Shown one piece after another: positions 1 through 9,617 of a stretch of DNA of 64,000 nucleotides. Position 1 is the first letter of the stretch, and each line of letters begins with the position of its first letter. The stretch is from a virus. Position numbers and translations under genes: made by a program. The stretch spans positions 34,383 to 98,382 of IMG/VR virus record IMGVR_UViG_3300005537_000022. The stretch is one strand, 5' to 3'. Below the pieces are notes generated by a model. That model saw only the letters and a program-made list of their open reading frames with translations. It was not told the DNA's origin and searched no databases.

Positions 1-1021
1 CCGGCTGGCCGATGAACTTGCACGCCACGACGGTCGCGTCACCCTGGAAGCTGCTGCCGAACAGCAGGCCGGGCACGTTTGCGGCGACCGCCGCGCCGGA
101 GAAGATGCAGTCGTTGAGGTAGGCGTGCACGCCGTAATCGAACTCGACGGCGGCAATGCTGTGATTGTTCAGCTCCAGGTCGTAGGCGAAGAAGATGTGC
201 GGCTGCTGGGGAATCGCGTCCTGCGTCCACAGGATGCCCCGGTCCCCGTCGTGGCAGATGACGTGCCGCAGGTTCACGCCGAGCGTCTGCCCCTGGAAGA
301 GGACCGACGCGGCCGTGGCCACGCCGGTCCCGGCCGGCTGCCAGACGGACGTGTTCGTGACCTCGCACACCTGGCATTCGCCGGTGAAGGCGATCCCGTT
401 GACGGCGGTGTACAGGTTGGCGTTGTCGATCAAGAGCTGGTTGCAGGCGTTGGCCACGATGCCCTGGTTGAGGCGCTGCGAGGCCCCGCCCTGGTAGAAG
501 CCGCAGTTGCGGACCGCCCCGTAGTTCACCCCGGACAGGTACAGGCCGATGTCCGTGTCGGCGAACGCGCCCGGCCAGTGGTCGGAGTAGAACGACAGGT
601 CGTCGATGATCACGGTGCCGTCGTTGCCGGACTGGCTGCCCCACGAGCCGGTCTGCGTGATCGACAGGCCGGTGACGCTCGTGCCCGTGGCCGCGAGACG
701 GAGCTGGGTGGCCTGCGGGCCGTCCCCGGTGATCGCCAGCGGCGCGGTGCCCGAGTAGGTGAGCCCGGACGTGATCTTGTAGCTGCCGGCGGGGATGCGG
801 ATGCGGCCGCCGTAAGTGGCGCCCGCGACCGCGGTCAGGGCCGCCTGGAACGCGCCGGTGGAGTCGGCGGAGCCGGTCGGGTCGGCGCCCCCGGCGAGTG
901 CCGTGTTCAGCACGTTCAGCGGGGCGCCGAGGCCGTTGAGGACGTCGGCTATGTTGTTGTGGTCGGGGGTGTGCCCCGGGTTGCCGACCGCGTGCGCGTC
1001 CGACGGGACGGTGAAGCTCAA
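1..1021 (-). CDS. Tailspike / right-handed beta-helix (pectate-lyase-like) protein, truncated by window edge
   Basis: Not in the ORF track because it has no stop in the window. Manual translation from TTG at 1021 (GGAGGGG RBS upstream) gives MSFTVPSDAH...GADPTGSADSTGAFQAAL...GGRIRIPAGSYKIT...ITGDG, the typical N-terminal motif of pectate_lyase_3-type beta-helices. Lies at the end of the tail module. Confidence 0.75.
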   Translation of the reverse strand, partial: MSFTVPSDAHAVGNPGHTPDHNNIADVLNGLGAPLNVLNTALAGGADPTGSADSTGAFQAALTAVAGATYGGRIRIPAGSYKITSGLTYSGTAPLAITGDGPQATQLRLAATGTSVTGLSITQTGSWGSQSGNDGTVIIDDLSFYSDHWPGAFADTDIGLYLSGVNYGAVRNCGFYQGGASQRLNQGIVANACNQLLIDNANLYTAVNGIAFTGECQVCEVTNTSVWQPAGTGVATAASVLFQGQTLGVNLRHVICHDGDRGILWTQDAIPQQPHIFFAYDLELNNHSIAAVEFDYGVHAYLNDCIFSGAAVAANVPGLLFGSSFQGDATVVACKFIGQP

Positions 1022-1043
1022 CGCGGCGCTCCCCTCCGGCCGG

Positions 1044-1589
1044 TCACGGGGTGATGGTCAGGAACGTCGACCCGTAGGTCGCCAAACCCTGGCCGGAGGA
1101 CGAGGCGCCGAACAGGTAGCCGAGCGCGATGTTGTCGGCGGCGGCCACGGTGAGGGTCTGGGACAGGGGGGCGAGCGGGACGGACCCGGAGCCGGGCGTG
1201 ACGCTGCTGGCCGTCTCCCCGATCGCGCCGGCAAGCGCGAACCGGGCTGTCGTCGCCGACAGCACCCGGACGGTGAGGACCAGCCAGCCCGCGATCGTCG
1301 CGCCGGAGGAGAACGCCCCCGTGCCCACGGAGGGGGCCATCGACGTCCACGTCCCGGCGACGTCGACGGCGAACGCGAGCGCGTTCCCCTGCCACGTGCC
1401 GGTGAACTCGGTGCTGATCATGTAGACGGTGCCGGCCGAGGGGGTGCCGGGGAGCATCGTCCAGAATTTCGTGAACGCGGTCGCGGTGGTGACGTTGCCG
1501 GGGTTGTAGGAGGTCGGGTCGGCGGAGCAGGCGACGGGGGCGTTGCCGCCGGTGAGGCTCGCGAGCAGCAGGACGGTCGCCGAGTCCAC
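1044..1589 (-). CDS. Minor tail / virion protein
   Basis: T/G/S/A-rich beta-type sequence, co-oriented in tail operon. Confidence 0.6.
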   Translation of the reverse strand: MDSATVLLLASLTGGNAPVACSADPTSYNPGNVTTATAFTKFWTMLPGTPSAGTVYMISTEFTGTWQGNALAFAVDVAGTWTSMAPSVGTGAFSSGATIAGWLVLTVRVLSATTARFALAGAIGETASSVTPGSGSVPLAPLSQTLTVAAADNIALGYLFGASSSGQGLATYGSTFLTITP

Positions 1590-1592
1590 GCC

Positions 1593-2324
1593 CTATGCCA
1601 CCCCCGTCAGCAGCGGCCCCGAGTAGGACAGGGTGCGCTTCGCGACCGCGTACCCGTTCGCCGACTGGCCCGCGGTGTATTCCTGGCTGCCGGTGAGCAG
1701 GCCGGCCGTGTAAGTGAGCCACGTCCACCGGGCGCCGGAGTCCTCCCACGTCCCGGCGAGCGGCAGCAGGGGCGACTGGTCCCAGACCTGGTACGTGAGC
1801 CCGTACGGCTGGGCGGTCCACGTCGCCCCGTCCGGTGAGGTCGACGCGCCGGAGGACTGGTTGGACTGGTGCCAGCCGTACCAGTCGCCGGAATCGCCCG
1901 TTTCCTGGGCGACGATCCAGTACCGGGTGCCCGCGACCAGGCCGGTGAAGGGCAGCGGGACCGGTATCCACCCGTAGGAGCCGGCGGCGAACTCTTTCGG
2001 GAGTGCCGCCTGCGACAGGATCGTGCCGGACGGGGCGCCGGAGCCGTTATCGGTTTGCAGGGTGAGCGGCCAGGGGGGCGGGGAGCCGGTGACCGCGGCG
2101 TATACCTCCACGTAGCCGGCCTGGTTATGGCCGAGGGCCGCGGTGAACGACTGGGCGTACCAGGCGGCATTGGACTGCTCGCCCGTGCCGCCGGCCGTCG
2201 CCTGGGATACGGCGAGCGCCCCCTGGTAGAGGTAGGTGACGGTGTGGGAGGCGAGGAACTGGTTGACCTGTCCCGCCTCGCCGGGGTACCCGGTGGTGGC
2301 GGCGAGCCATGTCGGGGCCGGCAT
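1593..2324 (-). CDS. Minor tail protein
   Basis: W/Y/T/G-rich (WYAQSFT, STSPDGATWT); tail operon position. Confidence 0.65.
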   Translation of the reverse strand: MPAPTWLAATTGYPGEAGQVNQFLASHTVTYLYQGALAVSQATAGGTGEQSNAAWYAQSFTAALGHNQAGYVEVYAAVTGSPPPWPLTLQTDNGSGAPSGTILSQAALPKEFAAGSYGWIPVPLPFTGLVAGTRYWIVAQETGDSGDWYGWHQSNQSSGASTSPDGATWTAQPYGLTYQVWDQSPLLPLAGTWEDSGARWTWLTYTAGLLTGSQEYTAGQSANGYAVAKRTLSYSGPLLTGVA

Positions 2325-2356
2325 CCGCTCACCGCCTCGCGTGGGATGCTGTCGGG

Positions 2357-2668
2357 ATGAGCCCTGTCACTGTCTTCGGCGCAACGGCCGATCCTGACGA
2401 GCTGCGCGAGATCGCCGCGCTGGCCGGCGCTGGCCGCTCACCCGGGCTGGCTGAGCGGCTGGCCGTCTATGGCCTCAAAACCACGCCCGCCGTCGACAGG
2501 AACGGCAACTACGGGCCGGCCGGGATGTTCCTGGTGGCGGCCCCTCCCGGCGGCGCGGCCTTCGTGTCCGAGGGATTCTGCCCGGACTGCCGGGTGCCGC
2601 TCGCAGGCGACGCGCGCAACTGGTGCCCGTCATGCACGGCCACCTGGCACCGGGCGCCGCGCGCCTAG
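2357..2668 (+). CDS. Small Zn-ribbon protein inserted antisense in tail operon
   Basis: CPDC...CPSC motif; fills the gap between two tail genes; GATGCT-6nt-ATG leaderless-type start. Confidence 0.6.
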   Translation: MSPVTVFGATADPDELREIAALAGAGRSPGLAERLAVYGLKTTPAVDRNGNYGPAGMFLVAAPPGGAAFVSEGFCPDCRVPLAGDARNWCPSCTATWHRAPRA

Positions 2669-3255
2669 CTGCCCGCGACGCTGAGGGCCACCTGCAAGAG
2701 CACGGTATCCGGCGACGTGACGGTCACCGGCGACCCGAGCGCGTAATGGTCGAGCATCGTCCCGCTCCCCGCCGATGAATTCGCGCCGGCGAACACCCCG
2801 GCCTCGGCGACCGTCCACGGCGAACTCGGGGGCGGGAAGTAGAACAGCCACGTCACCAGCGCCGGGATCGACGGGGTCGCCGGCGAGTACGCCCCGGCCC
2901 CCACGGTTTCCCGTCCGAGCTCGGCGTACAGCGCGGTATCGGACGCGGCCGGGGTGCCGGTCCCGGACCCGACGGCCCCGTACAGCGGGGTCAGGTACGT
3001 CGCGGCGGTGACGCCGAGGTTCGCGGCCTGGTCCTGGATCCCGGACCATGCGAGGGCGGCGGCGAACGCGGTCAGCCCGTTCGTGCAGGTCACGTTGTCG
3101 CCCTCGCACCGGGCGGTGACGGCCTCCGGCGGCGGGCTCAGCACGGCGCGGATGTCGCGGCGGTGCGCGCCCAGCCATGCGCCGTTGACGGCGGTGACCG
3201 TGATCCGGGCGTGCAGGCCGAGGGACGCGCCGGAGCGCGCACGGCTCAAGACCAT
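2665..3255 (-). CDS. Minor tail protein
   Basis: 3' part of ORF 2665..3651; GSGTGTPAASDTAL..EL.R and AEAGVF motifs typical of tail/baseplate-like proteins; start approximate (3249 or 3255). Confidence 0.65.
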   Translation of the reverse strand: MVLSRARSGASLGLHARITVTAVNGAWLGAHRRDIRAVLSPPPEAVTARCEGDNVTCTNGLTAFAAALAWSGIQDQAANLGVTAATYLTPLYGAVGSGTGTPAASDTALYAELGRETVGAGAYSPATPSIPALVTWLFYFPPPSSPWTVAEAGVFAGANSSAGSGTMLDHYALGSPVTVTSPDTVLLQVALSVAGS

Positions 3256-3461
3256 ATGAACTGCCCCCACTGGCCTGCGTCCCAGGCCGGGCTGACCTGG
3301 GCCGTCACTGTCGCGGAGTCGGTGATGCCGAGGGTCTCGTCGGCCTCGGTGAAGTGCCCGGTGCCGGTCGCGGTCGTGTCCCCCGCCGTGGCCGCGCCGA
3401 TCTGGTCCGACAGGGAGCCGAACACGTCGGCGAACGAGTACGGGCGGAACACGCCGGGCAA
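3246..3461 (-). CDS. Small virion-associated protein
   Basis: Tightly packed in tail operon; ends WDAGQWGQFIWS. Confidence 0.55.
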   Translation of the reverse strand: MPGVFRPYSFADVFGSLSDQIGAATAGDTTATGTGHFTEADETLGITDSATVTAQVSPAWDAGQWGQFIWS

Positions 3462-3488
3462 GGCACACCCCCCGGCCGGACTGCCTGA

Positions 3489-4880
3489 TCAAAGCCGGAT
3501 CCCGGTTATCTGGCAGGTCCGGTAGCCGGCCTCGCCGAAAGTGACCTGGTTGGCGATGGCGATGAACGTGTCGTTGATTCCCCACGCCGACCGCTGCACG
3601 TCGTAGACAAGCGGCGTGTCGAGGGTGAACGTCTGCCCGGCCCGCACCCACCCCACCCAGTCCGGGGAGGTGTTGAACGTGACCCGCTCAGCGATGAACG
3701 CGTACTCGGTGCGGTCCTGCATCGCCCTGGCGAGCGCCATCGGCATCGACGTGAGCGACGAGTCCGAGATGTACTCGGCGTACACGCCCCCGTTCGGCCC
3801 CGTGTAGGCCGCCTGGGACGCGGCGTCGTTCGCCTGGGCGATGACCGGCACCTCGTAGGAGTACCAGGCCTCGATCACCGTGCCGGCCGCCGGGGGGAAC
3901 TCTGCGACGAGGAACCAGCCGCCGCCCGCGTTCTGCACGATGGACCACGGCCCGGACGGCGCCTTCCCCGACGATTCGACGGTGACCGCGGTCGCGGCGC
4001 CCCCCACGTACAGGGCCGGGGCGGGCGAGGATGACACCGTGTACCGCAGCGGCCACGACGCGGCCGTCCCGTCCGCCCGCCACGTGTCCGTCGGCCCGGA
4101 CGCGTACGACCACCGGATCACCTGGGTGGCGCCCTGCACCAGCACCCGGTTGCGGACGGAGGTGCCGTCGTACTCGTAGGCGAACTGGGAGTCGTTCAGG
4201 ACGTGGCCCTCGTACAGCGATCCCATCGTCGTCGGCGACGTGGTGAAGGTGACGCCGGAGTCCTGTGCCGTGGACTGGTCGTAGAAGTGGAGCCGGCGGA
4301 ACTCGTCGACGTACCAGCCGTAGGGGGTGACCTGTCCCATGGCGGCGGCCAGGGTCCGCCACGCCCCCGACAGGGTGGTGTAGCCGGAGGTCCACTGGGG
4401 GAGCGCGGGGCCGGGGGCGACGTAGCCGCCGGCGGCGTAGGCGACGGCGGTGATGCCGCAGCCGGCCCCGTTGGTGAGGGCGATCACGATCTGGTCCCCG
4501 GCCTGCACTGATGACGGGGGCCAGCGGACGATCGCGTTGTCCGCGTAGGCCGTGTAATCGGTGCAGTTCAGGTACCATTCGTTGCGGTTCGGGCCGTCCG
4601 GGCGGAGCACCGGCTTGGTGATCACCCCGGCGAACAGCGTCTGCCCCGCCGTCGTGTCGTGGAGCTTCACCTGGGACATGGCCGGGATCTCGATGGCCGG
4701 GGTCCCGGAGTGCTCCTCGACGAGCGTGAGCGCCGCCGTGTCGCCCTGCCGGCCGAACGACTGGGTGATCGTGCATCCCTGGTCCGCCCCGTCGTACGCC
4801 AGGTACTGCGTGTAGTACGACGTGGAGCCGCCCGGCGGGGTGACCGCGAGCTGCACGTCCGGCAGGGGGATGCCCGGCAC
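3489..4880 (-). CDS. Minor tail / tail tip hub protein
   Basis: 463 aa immediately after tape measure; LFAGVI, CTDY, WYVD, NRVLVQG motifs. Confidence 0.75.
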   Translation of the reverse strand: MPGIPLPDVQLAVTPPGGSTSYYTQYLAYDGADQGCTITQSFGRQGDTAALTLVEEHSGTPAIEIPAMSQVKLHDTTAGQTLFAGVITKPVLRPDGPNRNEWYLNCTDYTAYADNAIVRWPPSSVQAGDQIVIALTNGAGCGITAVAYAAGGYVAPGPALPQWTSGYTTLSGAWRTLAAAMGQVTPYGWYVDEFRRLHFYDQSTAQDSGVTFTTSPTTMGSLYEGHVLNDSQFAYEYDGTSVRNRVLVQGATQVIRWSYASGPTDTWRADGTAASWPLRYTVSSSPAPALYVGGAATAVTVESSGKAPSGPWSIVQNAGGGWFLVAEFPPAAGTVIEAWYSYEVPVIAQANDAASQAAYTGPNGGVYAEYISDSSLTSMPMALARAMQDRTEYAFIAERVTFNTSPDWVGWVRAGQTFTLDTPLVYDVQRSAWGINDTFIAIANQVTFGEAGYRTCQITGIRL

Positions 4881-4881
4881 G

Positions 4882-7800
4882 TCAGCCCCTGATGCTGATC
4901 TTGCGGCCGGCGGCGGGCAGGAGCTGCGACGCGACCTGCCTGCCGATCTTCGCGGTCAGCTTGTCGATGTCGGAGTCGGACATGACGGTGTTGCCGTGCA
5001 CGTCGATCACCACCGTTATCCCGCCGCCGCCCCCGTAGCCGCCGCCTGCCGGGGCGACGGCGGAGGCCGCCAGCGCCGACCCTGCCGCGGCGCCGCCCGC
5101 GCCCAGCCCCGCCGTGGCCGACAGGGCGCTGCCCGCGACCCGGCGCGCCGCGCCGAGGATGTACGGGATGGAGGCGATGAGCCCGTTCCCGAGGCCCATG
5201 CCGAGGTACATGCCGTGCGGGTAGGTTTTCTTCGACGGGGAGGAGATGCCGAGCGCCGACCCGATGCCGCTGATGATCGACGACGCGAATCCCTCGATCT
5301 TGGACATCAGCCAGCCGGCCGCCCCGGAGATCCCGTTCCAGATGCCCTGCACGATGCCGGCGCCGATGGACACCATCTGCCCCGGGAGGCCGGACAGCCA
5401 GCCGAGGATCTTGCCGGGCAGCGACGAGTACCAGGCCAGGAACCTCGTCCCGGCGTTCCAGACCGCAGACGCGGCCCCGGCGATCCACCGGCCGAACATG
5501 CCCGGCAGGCCGGTGAACCAGGAGAGCACGTGCTGCACGAACTGGACGCCGTCGGAGAACCAGTGCTTGATGTCGTCCCAGTGCCTGACGATCTGCGTGA
5601 CGGCCAGGCCGAGCGGCCCGGCGACCAGCCCGACGATCAGCGTCCAATGCGACTTGACGAAAGATATTACGTCAGAGATAATTTTCGAAATAAAGTCGTA
5701 GACATCATCCCACGCGACCTCGACGCCGTGCACGATATCGTGCCAGTGCGTGACGATCTCGTAGACGGCGCCGGCGACGGCGGCGACCACGAGCCCGATC
5801 CCGAGCAGCATCACCGCGTTCGCCGCCACCCACGCCGCTGCCGTGGCCAGGGCCCCGGCGATGTTCCCCGCGACGACGACCGCGACCTTCGCCAGGCTCT
5901 GCGCTGCCCAGACCGCGCCCTGGACGGCCATCCCGGCCGCCGACGCCGCCCACGAAGCCGCCGTCGCAGCGGCCCCGGCGACGTTCCGCGCCACGACCAC
6001 GGCGACCTTCGCGACGGACTGCGCCGCCCAGGAAACGCCGGCCGCGGCCTGCTGCCCCATGGACGCCAGCCACGACGACGACGACTCCGCCGCGCCCTCC
6101 TCGTTCGCGACGGCGACCGCCCCCGCGTCGGCCTCCTGCTCGGCCGCCGCCGCGTCCGCCGCGGCGGCCTGCTCGCCGGAGGACTCCCCGGAGATGATCC
6201 CGAGCTTCTTCAGCAGGCCCATCGCCGCATTGGCGGCCTTGCCGACGTCGTCGATGGCGCCCTTGACCGCCTTGTAGGCTTTCGCGGCCCCGGCGATCAC
6301 CGCGATCGTCGCGGCGATCGCGGCCACGCCGACGAACAGGATCTCGGTCAGCGTCTTGTTCTTCGCCGTCCACTCGGCGATCGGGATGACCACCTTCGTG
6401 ACCGCCGACAGGATGGCGGTCACCGCAGGGAGGAGCGCGGTGCCGATCGCGATCCCGGTGTTCTCCACCCCGGTCTTCGCCTGGTCGAGCTTGAAGTTGA
6501 ACGTGGACTGGATCTTGCCCCAGTTGTCGACGGTGTCGCCGCCCTTGCGGGCCGCCGCCGCCACGGTCGCCGCGTTGTGCTGGAACGTCGACAGCCGGCC
6601 GCCGGTCAGCATCAGGGCGGTGGTCAGCCCGGTGGTGCCGCCCATCGCCTTGTACATGGCCTGCGTGTACGTCTGGCCCAGTGCCCCGGAGTGCTGCTTC
6701 GCCGCCGTGGCGACCATGTTCAGGGTGGCGGCCAGGCCCCGCTTGCCCATGTTCTTCGACAGGTCCGTGGCGGACAGGCCGAGCGCGCCCAGTTCCTTCT
6801 GCGCGACCTTATTCGGCGACTGGAGCGAGAGAATCGTGTGCCGTAGGTCCTGCGTGGCTTGCTGGGCGGACATGTTCTGCGCCGTCATCGTGGCCAGCGC
6901 GCCGCCCACGTCGGAGAAGCGGATCTTCGCGGCGGCGGCGACCGGGGCGACGTTGCCGAGCGAGGACGCGAGATCCTGCATCCGCATGTCGCCCGCGCCC
7001 ACGGTGGCGATGAGCTGGTTCATCATCGACGCCGCGTAATGCGTCTGCTTCCCGGCGTTGCTGCTGGTCATGCCGTAGGCGTTGAGGGTGCCGGTGAGGG
7101 TCTTGCCGATCGTGTCGAGGTCGGCGCCGCCGACCCGCGCGCCCTCGGCGGCGATCTTCAGCACGGCCAGGCCCTGCGCCCCGTGATAGCCGGCGCTCTC
7201 CACGTGATACATGGCGGCGGTGATCGCCTCGGCTGAGGTGCCGGTTGCCGTGGACACGTTCAGGATCCCGGCCCGGACCATGGCGAGGTTCCCCTGGGTC
7301 TCGCCCGCGTCCGTCACGAGATGCTGCGTGGAGTCCTGGAAGTTGCCGGCCGCCTTGACCATCACGCCGGCGGCGACCCCGAGGCCCAGCGCCATGATCC
7401 CGGCGATCTTCCCGGCCTTGCCGAAGCTGGCGCCCGACTTCTCGCCCGCCTTGCCGGCCCGGGTCTGCGCGGCGGCGGCCTCGTCGTTCTTCGCCGCTAC
7501 CGCCTTGGCGGTGTCCGCCTGGAGCTTCTCCGCACCGGAGAGGGTCTTCTGCGCGGCGGCGTTCTCCTTGGACGCGGCGGCGAGCCGTTCGTTCGCCTCC
7601 ATGAGCCGGTACTGCGCGGCGACGTCGTCGTCCGCGGCCCCGGCCGCTGCCTGGTGCGCTTCCAGGAGGCCGCGCTCGGCGTCGGCCTGCTCTTCCGCCG
7701 TCCGGGTGGCCCTTTCCTGGGCCGCGCTCACCCTCGCGGAGGCCAGTTCCAGCGCGTCGGCACCGGAGGCGGTCTTGAGCAGCGACTCGTCGATCGAGTC

Positions 7801-7941
7801 GCCGGCGCCCTTCGCGGCGCCCGCGGCACGCTCGGCGGTGCCGGCGAACTTGTCGAGGGACTCGTCGACCTTCGCGAAGATCTCCGACGCCCGGTCGCGG
7901 GCCTCGAGGATCGCCAGGAGCGTGAAGGACTCGGCACCCAC
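4882..7941 (-). CDS. Tail tape measure protein
   Basis: 1019 aa Ala-rich helical protein with TP901-like core and W-periodic repeats, downstream of tail chaperones. Confidence 0.95.
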   Translation of the reverse strand: MGAESFTLLAILEARDRASEIFAKVDESLDKFAGTAERAAGAAKGAGDSIDESLLKTASGADALELASARVSAAQERATRTAEEQADAERGLLEAHQAAAGAADDDVAAQYRLMEANERLAAASKENAAAQKTLSGAEKLQADTAKAVAAKNDEAAAAQTRAGKAGEKSGASFGKAGKIAGIMALGLGVAAGVMVKAAGNFQDSTQHLVTDAGETQGNLAMVRAGILNVSTATGTSAEAITAAMYHVESAGYHGAQGLAVLKIAAEGARVGGADLDTIGKTLTGTLNAYGMTSSNAGKQTHYAASMMNQLIATVGAGDMRMQDLASSLGNVAPVAAAAKIRFSDVGGALATMTAQNMSAQQATQDLRHTILSLQSPNKVAQKELGALGLSATDLSKNMGKRGLAATLNMVATAAKQHSGALGQTYTQAMYKAMGGTTGLTTALMLTGGRLSTFQHNAATVAAAARKGGDTVDNWGKIQSTFNFKLDQAKTGVENTGIAIGTALLPAVTAILSAVTKVVIPIAEWTAKNKTLTEILFVGVAAIAATIAVIAGAAKAYKAVKGAIDDVGKAANAAMGLLKKLGIISGESSGEQAAAADAAAAEQEADAGAVAVANEEGAAESSSSWLASMGQQAAAGVSWAAQSVAKVAVVVARNVAGAAATAASWAASAAGMAVQGAVWAAQSLAKVAVVVAGNIAGALATAAAWVAANAVMLLGIGLVVAAVAGAVYEIVTHWHDIVHGVEVAWDDVYDFISKIISDVISFVKSHWTLIVGLVAGPLGLAVTQIVRHWDDIKHWFSDGVQFVQHVLSWFTGLPGMFGRWIAGAASAVWNAGTRFLAWYSSLPGKILGWLSGLPGQMVSIGAGIVQGIWNGISGAAGWLMSKIEGFASSIISGIGSALGISSPSKKTYPHGMYLGMGLGNGLIASIPYILGAARRVAGSALSATAGLGAGGAAAGSALAASAVAPAGGGYGGGGGITVVIDVHGNTVMSDSDIDKLTAKIGRQVASQLLPAAGRKISIRG

Positions 7942-7960
7942 GGGGGATCACCCCCGCCCG

Positions 7961-8186
7961 CTAGCGACCGCCGCCGGCCCGCGCCCGCGCGGCCCTTGCC
8001 TGCTCCTCGCGGCGGATCAGCGAGATGAACAGGGCGTAGTCGTCGATCTCGCGGCGGGGCCTGTTCTCCAGGTCGTCCCGCGTCCAGCCGAGTTCCCTCC
8101 AGAACTCACGCTGGATCAGGAACGCCGTAAGCTGCGGCGGGCCCTCCGTCCCCATCCGGATCGCCGCCGAGGTCCTCGCCAGGAAA
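7961..8186 (-). CDS. Tail assembly chaperone C-terminal extension (gpT-like, reached by frameshift)
   Basis: Overlaps 8106..8579 in the +1 frame; REFWRELGWT..DL...P motif; no clear RBS of its own. Confidence 0.65.
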
Positions 8187-8579
8187 CTGGGCCGCTTCCT
8201 TGGAACTGCGCGGCCCGTTGAGGTCGTCGCACACCTCGTAGACCTCCATGCGCACGGCTACGGGAAGGGCGGCGATCGCCTTGCGCTTTTCCTTCTCCGG
8301 CTCCAGGGGCCACGGGGTGCCGTCCGGCCACGGGGCGCCGTCCAGGTTCCAGGCCGTGACCGACTGGAAGAGCATCTCTTCCTGGGCGCTGCGCGGGTCG
8401 ACCGTGATCGTCTGCGTGCCGCCGTCGACCCTGACCGCCATGCGCCCGGTGCCGAGGTGCCTCTCGACGGGGGCGTACTCGGCACTGGAAAGGGCGCGCT
8501 TGACTTCGATCCAGTAGCCGCCGGGGAGGTCGATGCGCTCCGTGCCGCCGTATCCGGCGGCATCGAGGAAACCTGGCAT
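8106..8579 (-). CDS. Tail assembly chaperone (gpG-like)
   Basis: Between major tail and tape measure; SVTAWNL motif. Confidence 0.8.
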   Translation of the reverse strand: MPGFLDAAGYGGTERIDLPGGYWIEVKRALSSAEYAPVERHLGTGRMAVRVDGGTQTITVDPRSAQEEMLFQSVTAWNLDGAPWPDGTPWPLEPEKEKRKAIAALPVAVRMEVYEVCDDLNGPRSSKEAAQFPGEDLGGDPDGDGGPAAAYGVPDPA

Positions 8580-8602
8580 TTATCGCCTTTCGCGGTCGCG
8601 GG

Positions 8603-9577
8603 TTAGTAGGGGGTGGTTACGCCGTTGGTGATCACGGCCTGCACCGTGTACTGGGAGCCGCCCGTCAGCGGCCTGGACGCCTCGAACGCGAGCGTCGACA
8701 TGACGACGTCTTCGAGCTTCACGTCGGGCGCCACCTTGGTGAGCGCGACCTGCGGGAGGGTGAACGCCACCGAGTAGCCGCCGCCGCCGGGGTGGGTGAA
8801 CGACAGGGCCAGGGCGCCGAGGGTGCCGTTCACCATCGTCGTGAAGTCGCCGTAGGTGGAATCGGTGAGCGACGACCAGACGACGTCGATCGTGCCGCTG
8901 GCCTTGACGGTCACCGGGGTGATGAAGCTGGGCCCGTGGTTGCCGGAGAACGTCCACGTCTCCTTGAGCCCGTTGTCGATTTCGAGCTGGATGCTGGAGA
9001 CCTCGGCGCGGGCGTGGCTGTCGAGGGTGACCGACGCCTCGGAGAACACGAACGGCAGCTCGTTCGTGATGCTGACCGCGGTCGGGGTGGTGAGGGCGGT
9101 GACGGACTGGGCGGACAGGTCGGCGCTCACGGACACGGCCTCGTTGCCCGCCGCCGCCTTGACGGTCAGCTTCCCGACCTTGCAGCCGGCGAACTGGAGC
9201 GACTGGTAGCCGCCGATGTTCTTTTCCACGGTCAGCGAGGCGAGCGTGTTGGCCTGCGAGATCGTGTGGACGTACGGGCCGGTGCCGGTCACGGCGTCGG
9301 TGCCGACCGACGCCCTGATCAGCGCCGCCGCGTTGGACGGGAACAGGGCGCCGTCGATGCTCCCGGTGCCCTTGGCTTCCCCGTACAGGTTGAAAACCTG
9401 CCTGTCGCGGACGTTCATCATCAGGCCGGGAGAGAACCAGCCGGGGTCCCATTCCAGGCCGTTGGTGGTCATCGGCAGGAAGGTGGAGGCGGCCACGGGC
9501 ACGCCGAAGGACGTTTCGATGGCCAGCCCGGTGGCGGAAAGGGAACCGGCGCGCTCGGTGATGGTCGGGAACGGCAC
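8603..9577 (-). CDS. Major tail (tube) protein
   Basis: GTG start at 9577 with AAGGAGG RBS; GLAIETSFG, SLTVEK, FAGCKV motifs; synteny. Confidence 0.88.
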   Translation of the reverse strand: MPFPTITERAGSLSATGLAIETSFGVPVAASTFLPMTTNGLEWDPGWFSPGLMMNVRDRQVFNLYGEAKGTGSIDGALFPSNAAALIRASVGTDAVTGTGPYVHTISQANTLASLTVEKNIGGYQSLQFAGCKVGKLTVKAAAGNEAVSVSADLSAQSVTALTTPTAVSITNELPFVFSEASVTLDSHARAEVSSIQLEIDNGLKETWTFSGNHGPSFITPVTVKASGTIDVVWSSLTDSTYGDFTTMVNGTLGALALSFTHPGGGGYSVAFTLPQVALTKVAPDVKLEDVVMSTLAFEASRPLTGGSQYTVQAVITNGVTTPY

Positions 9578-9617
9578 GGATGCCTCCTTGCTCCGCCCAC
9601 GGCGGCAGAATGGGCGG

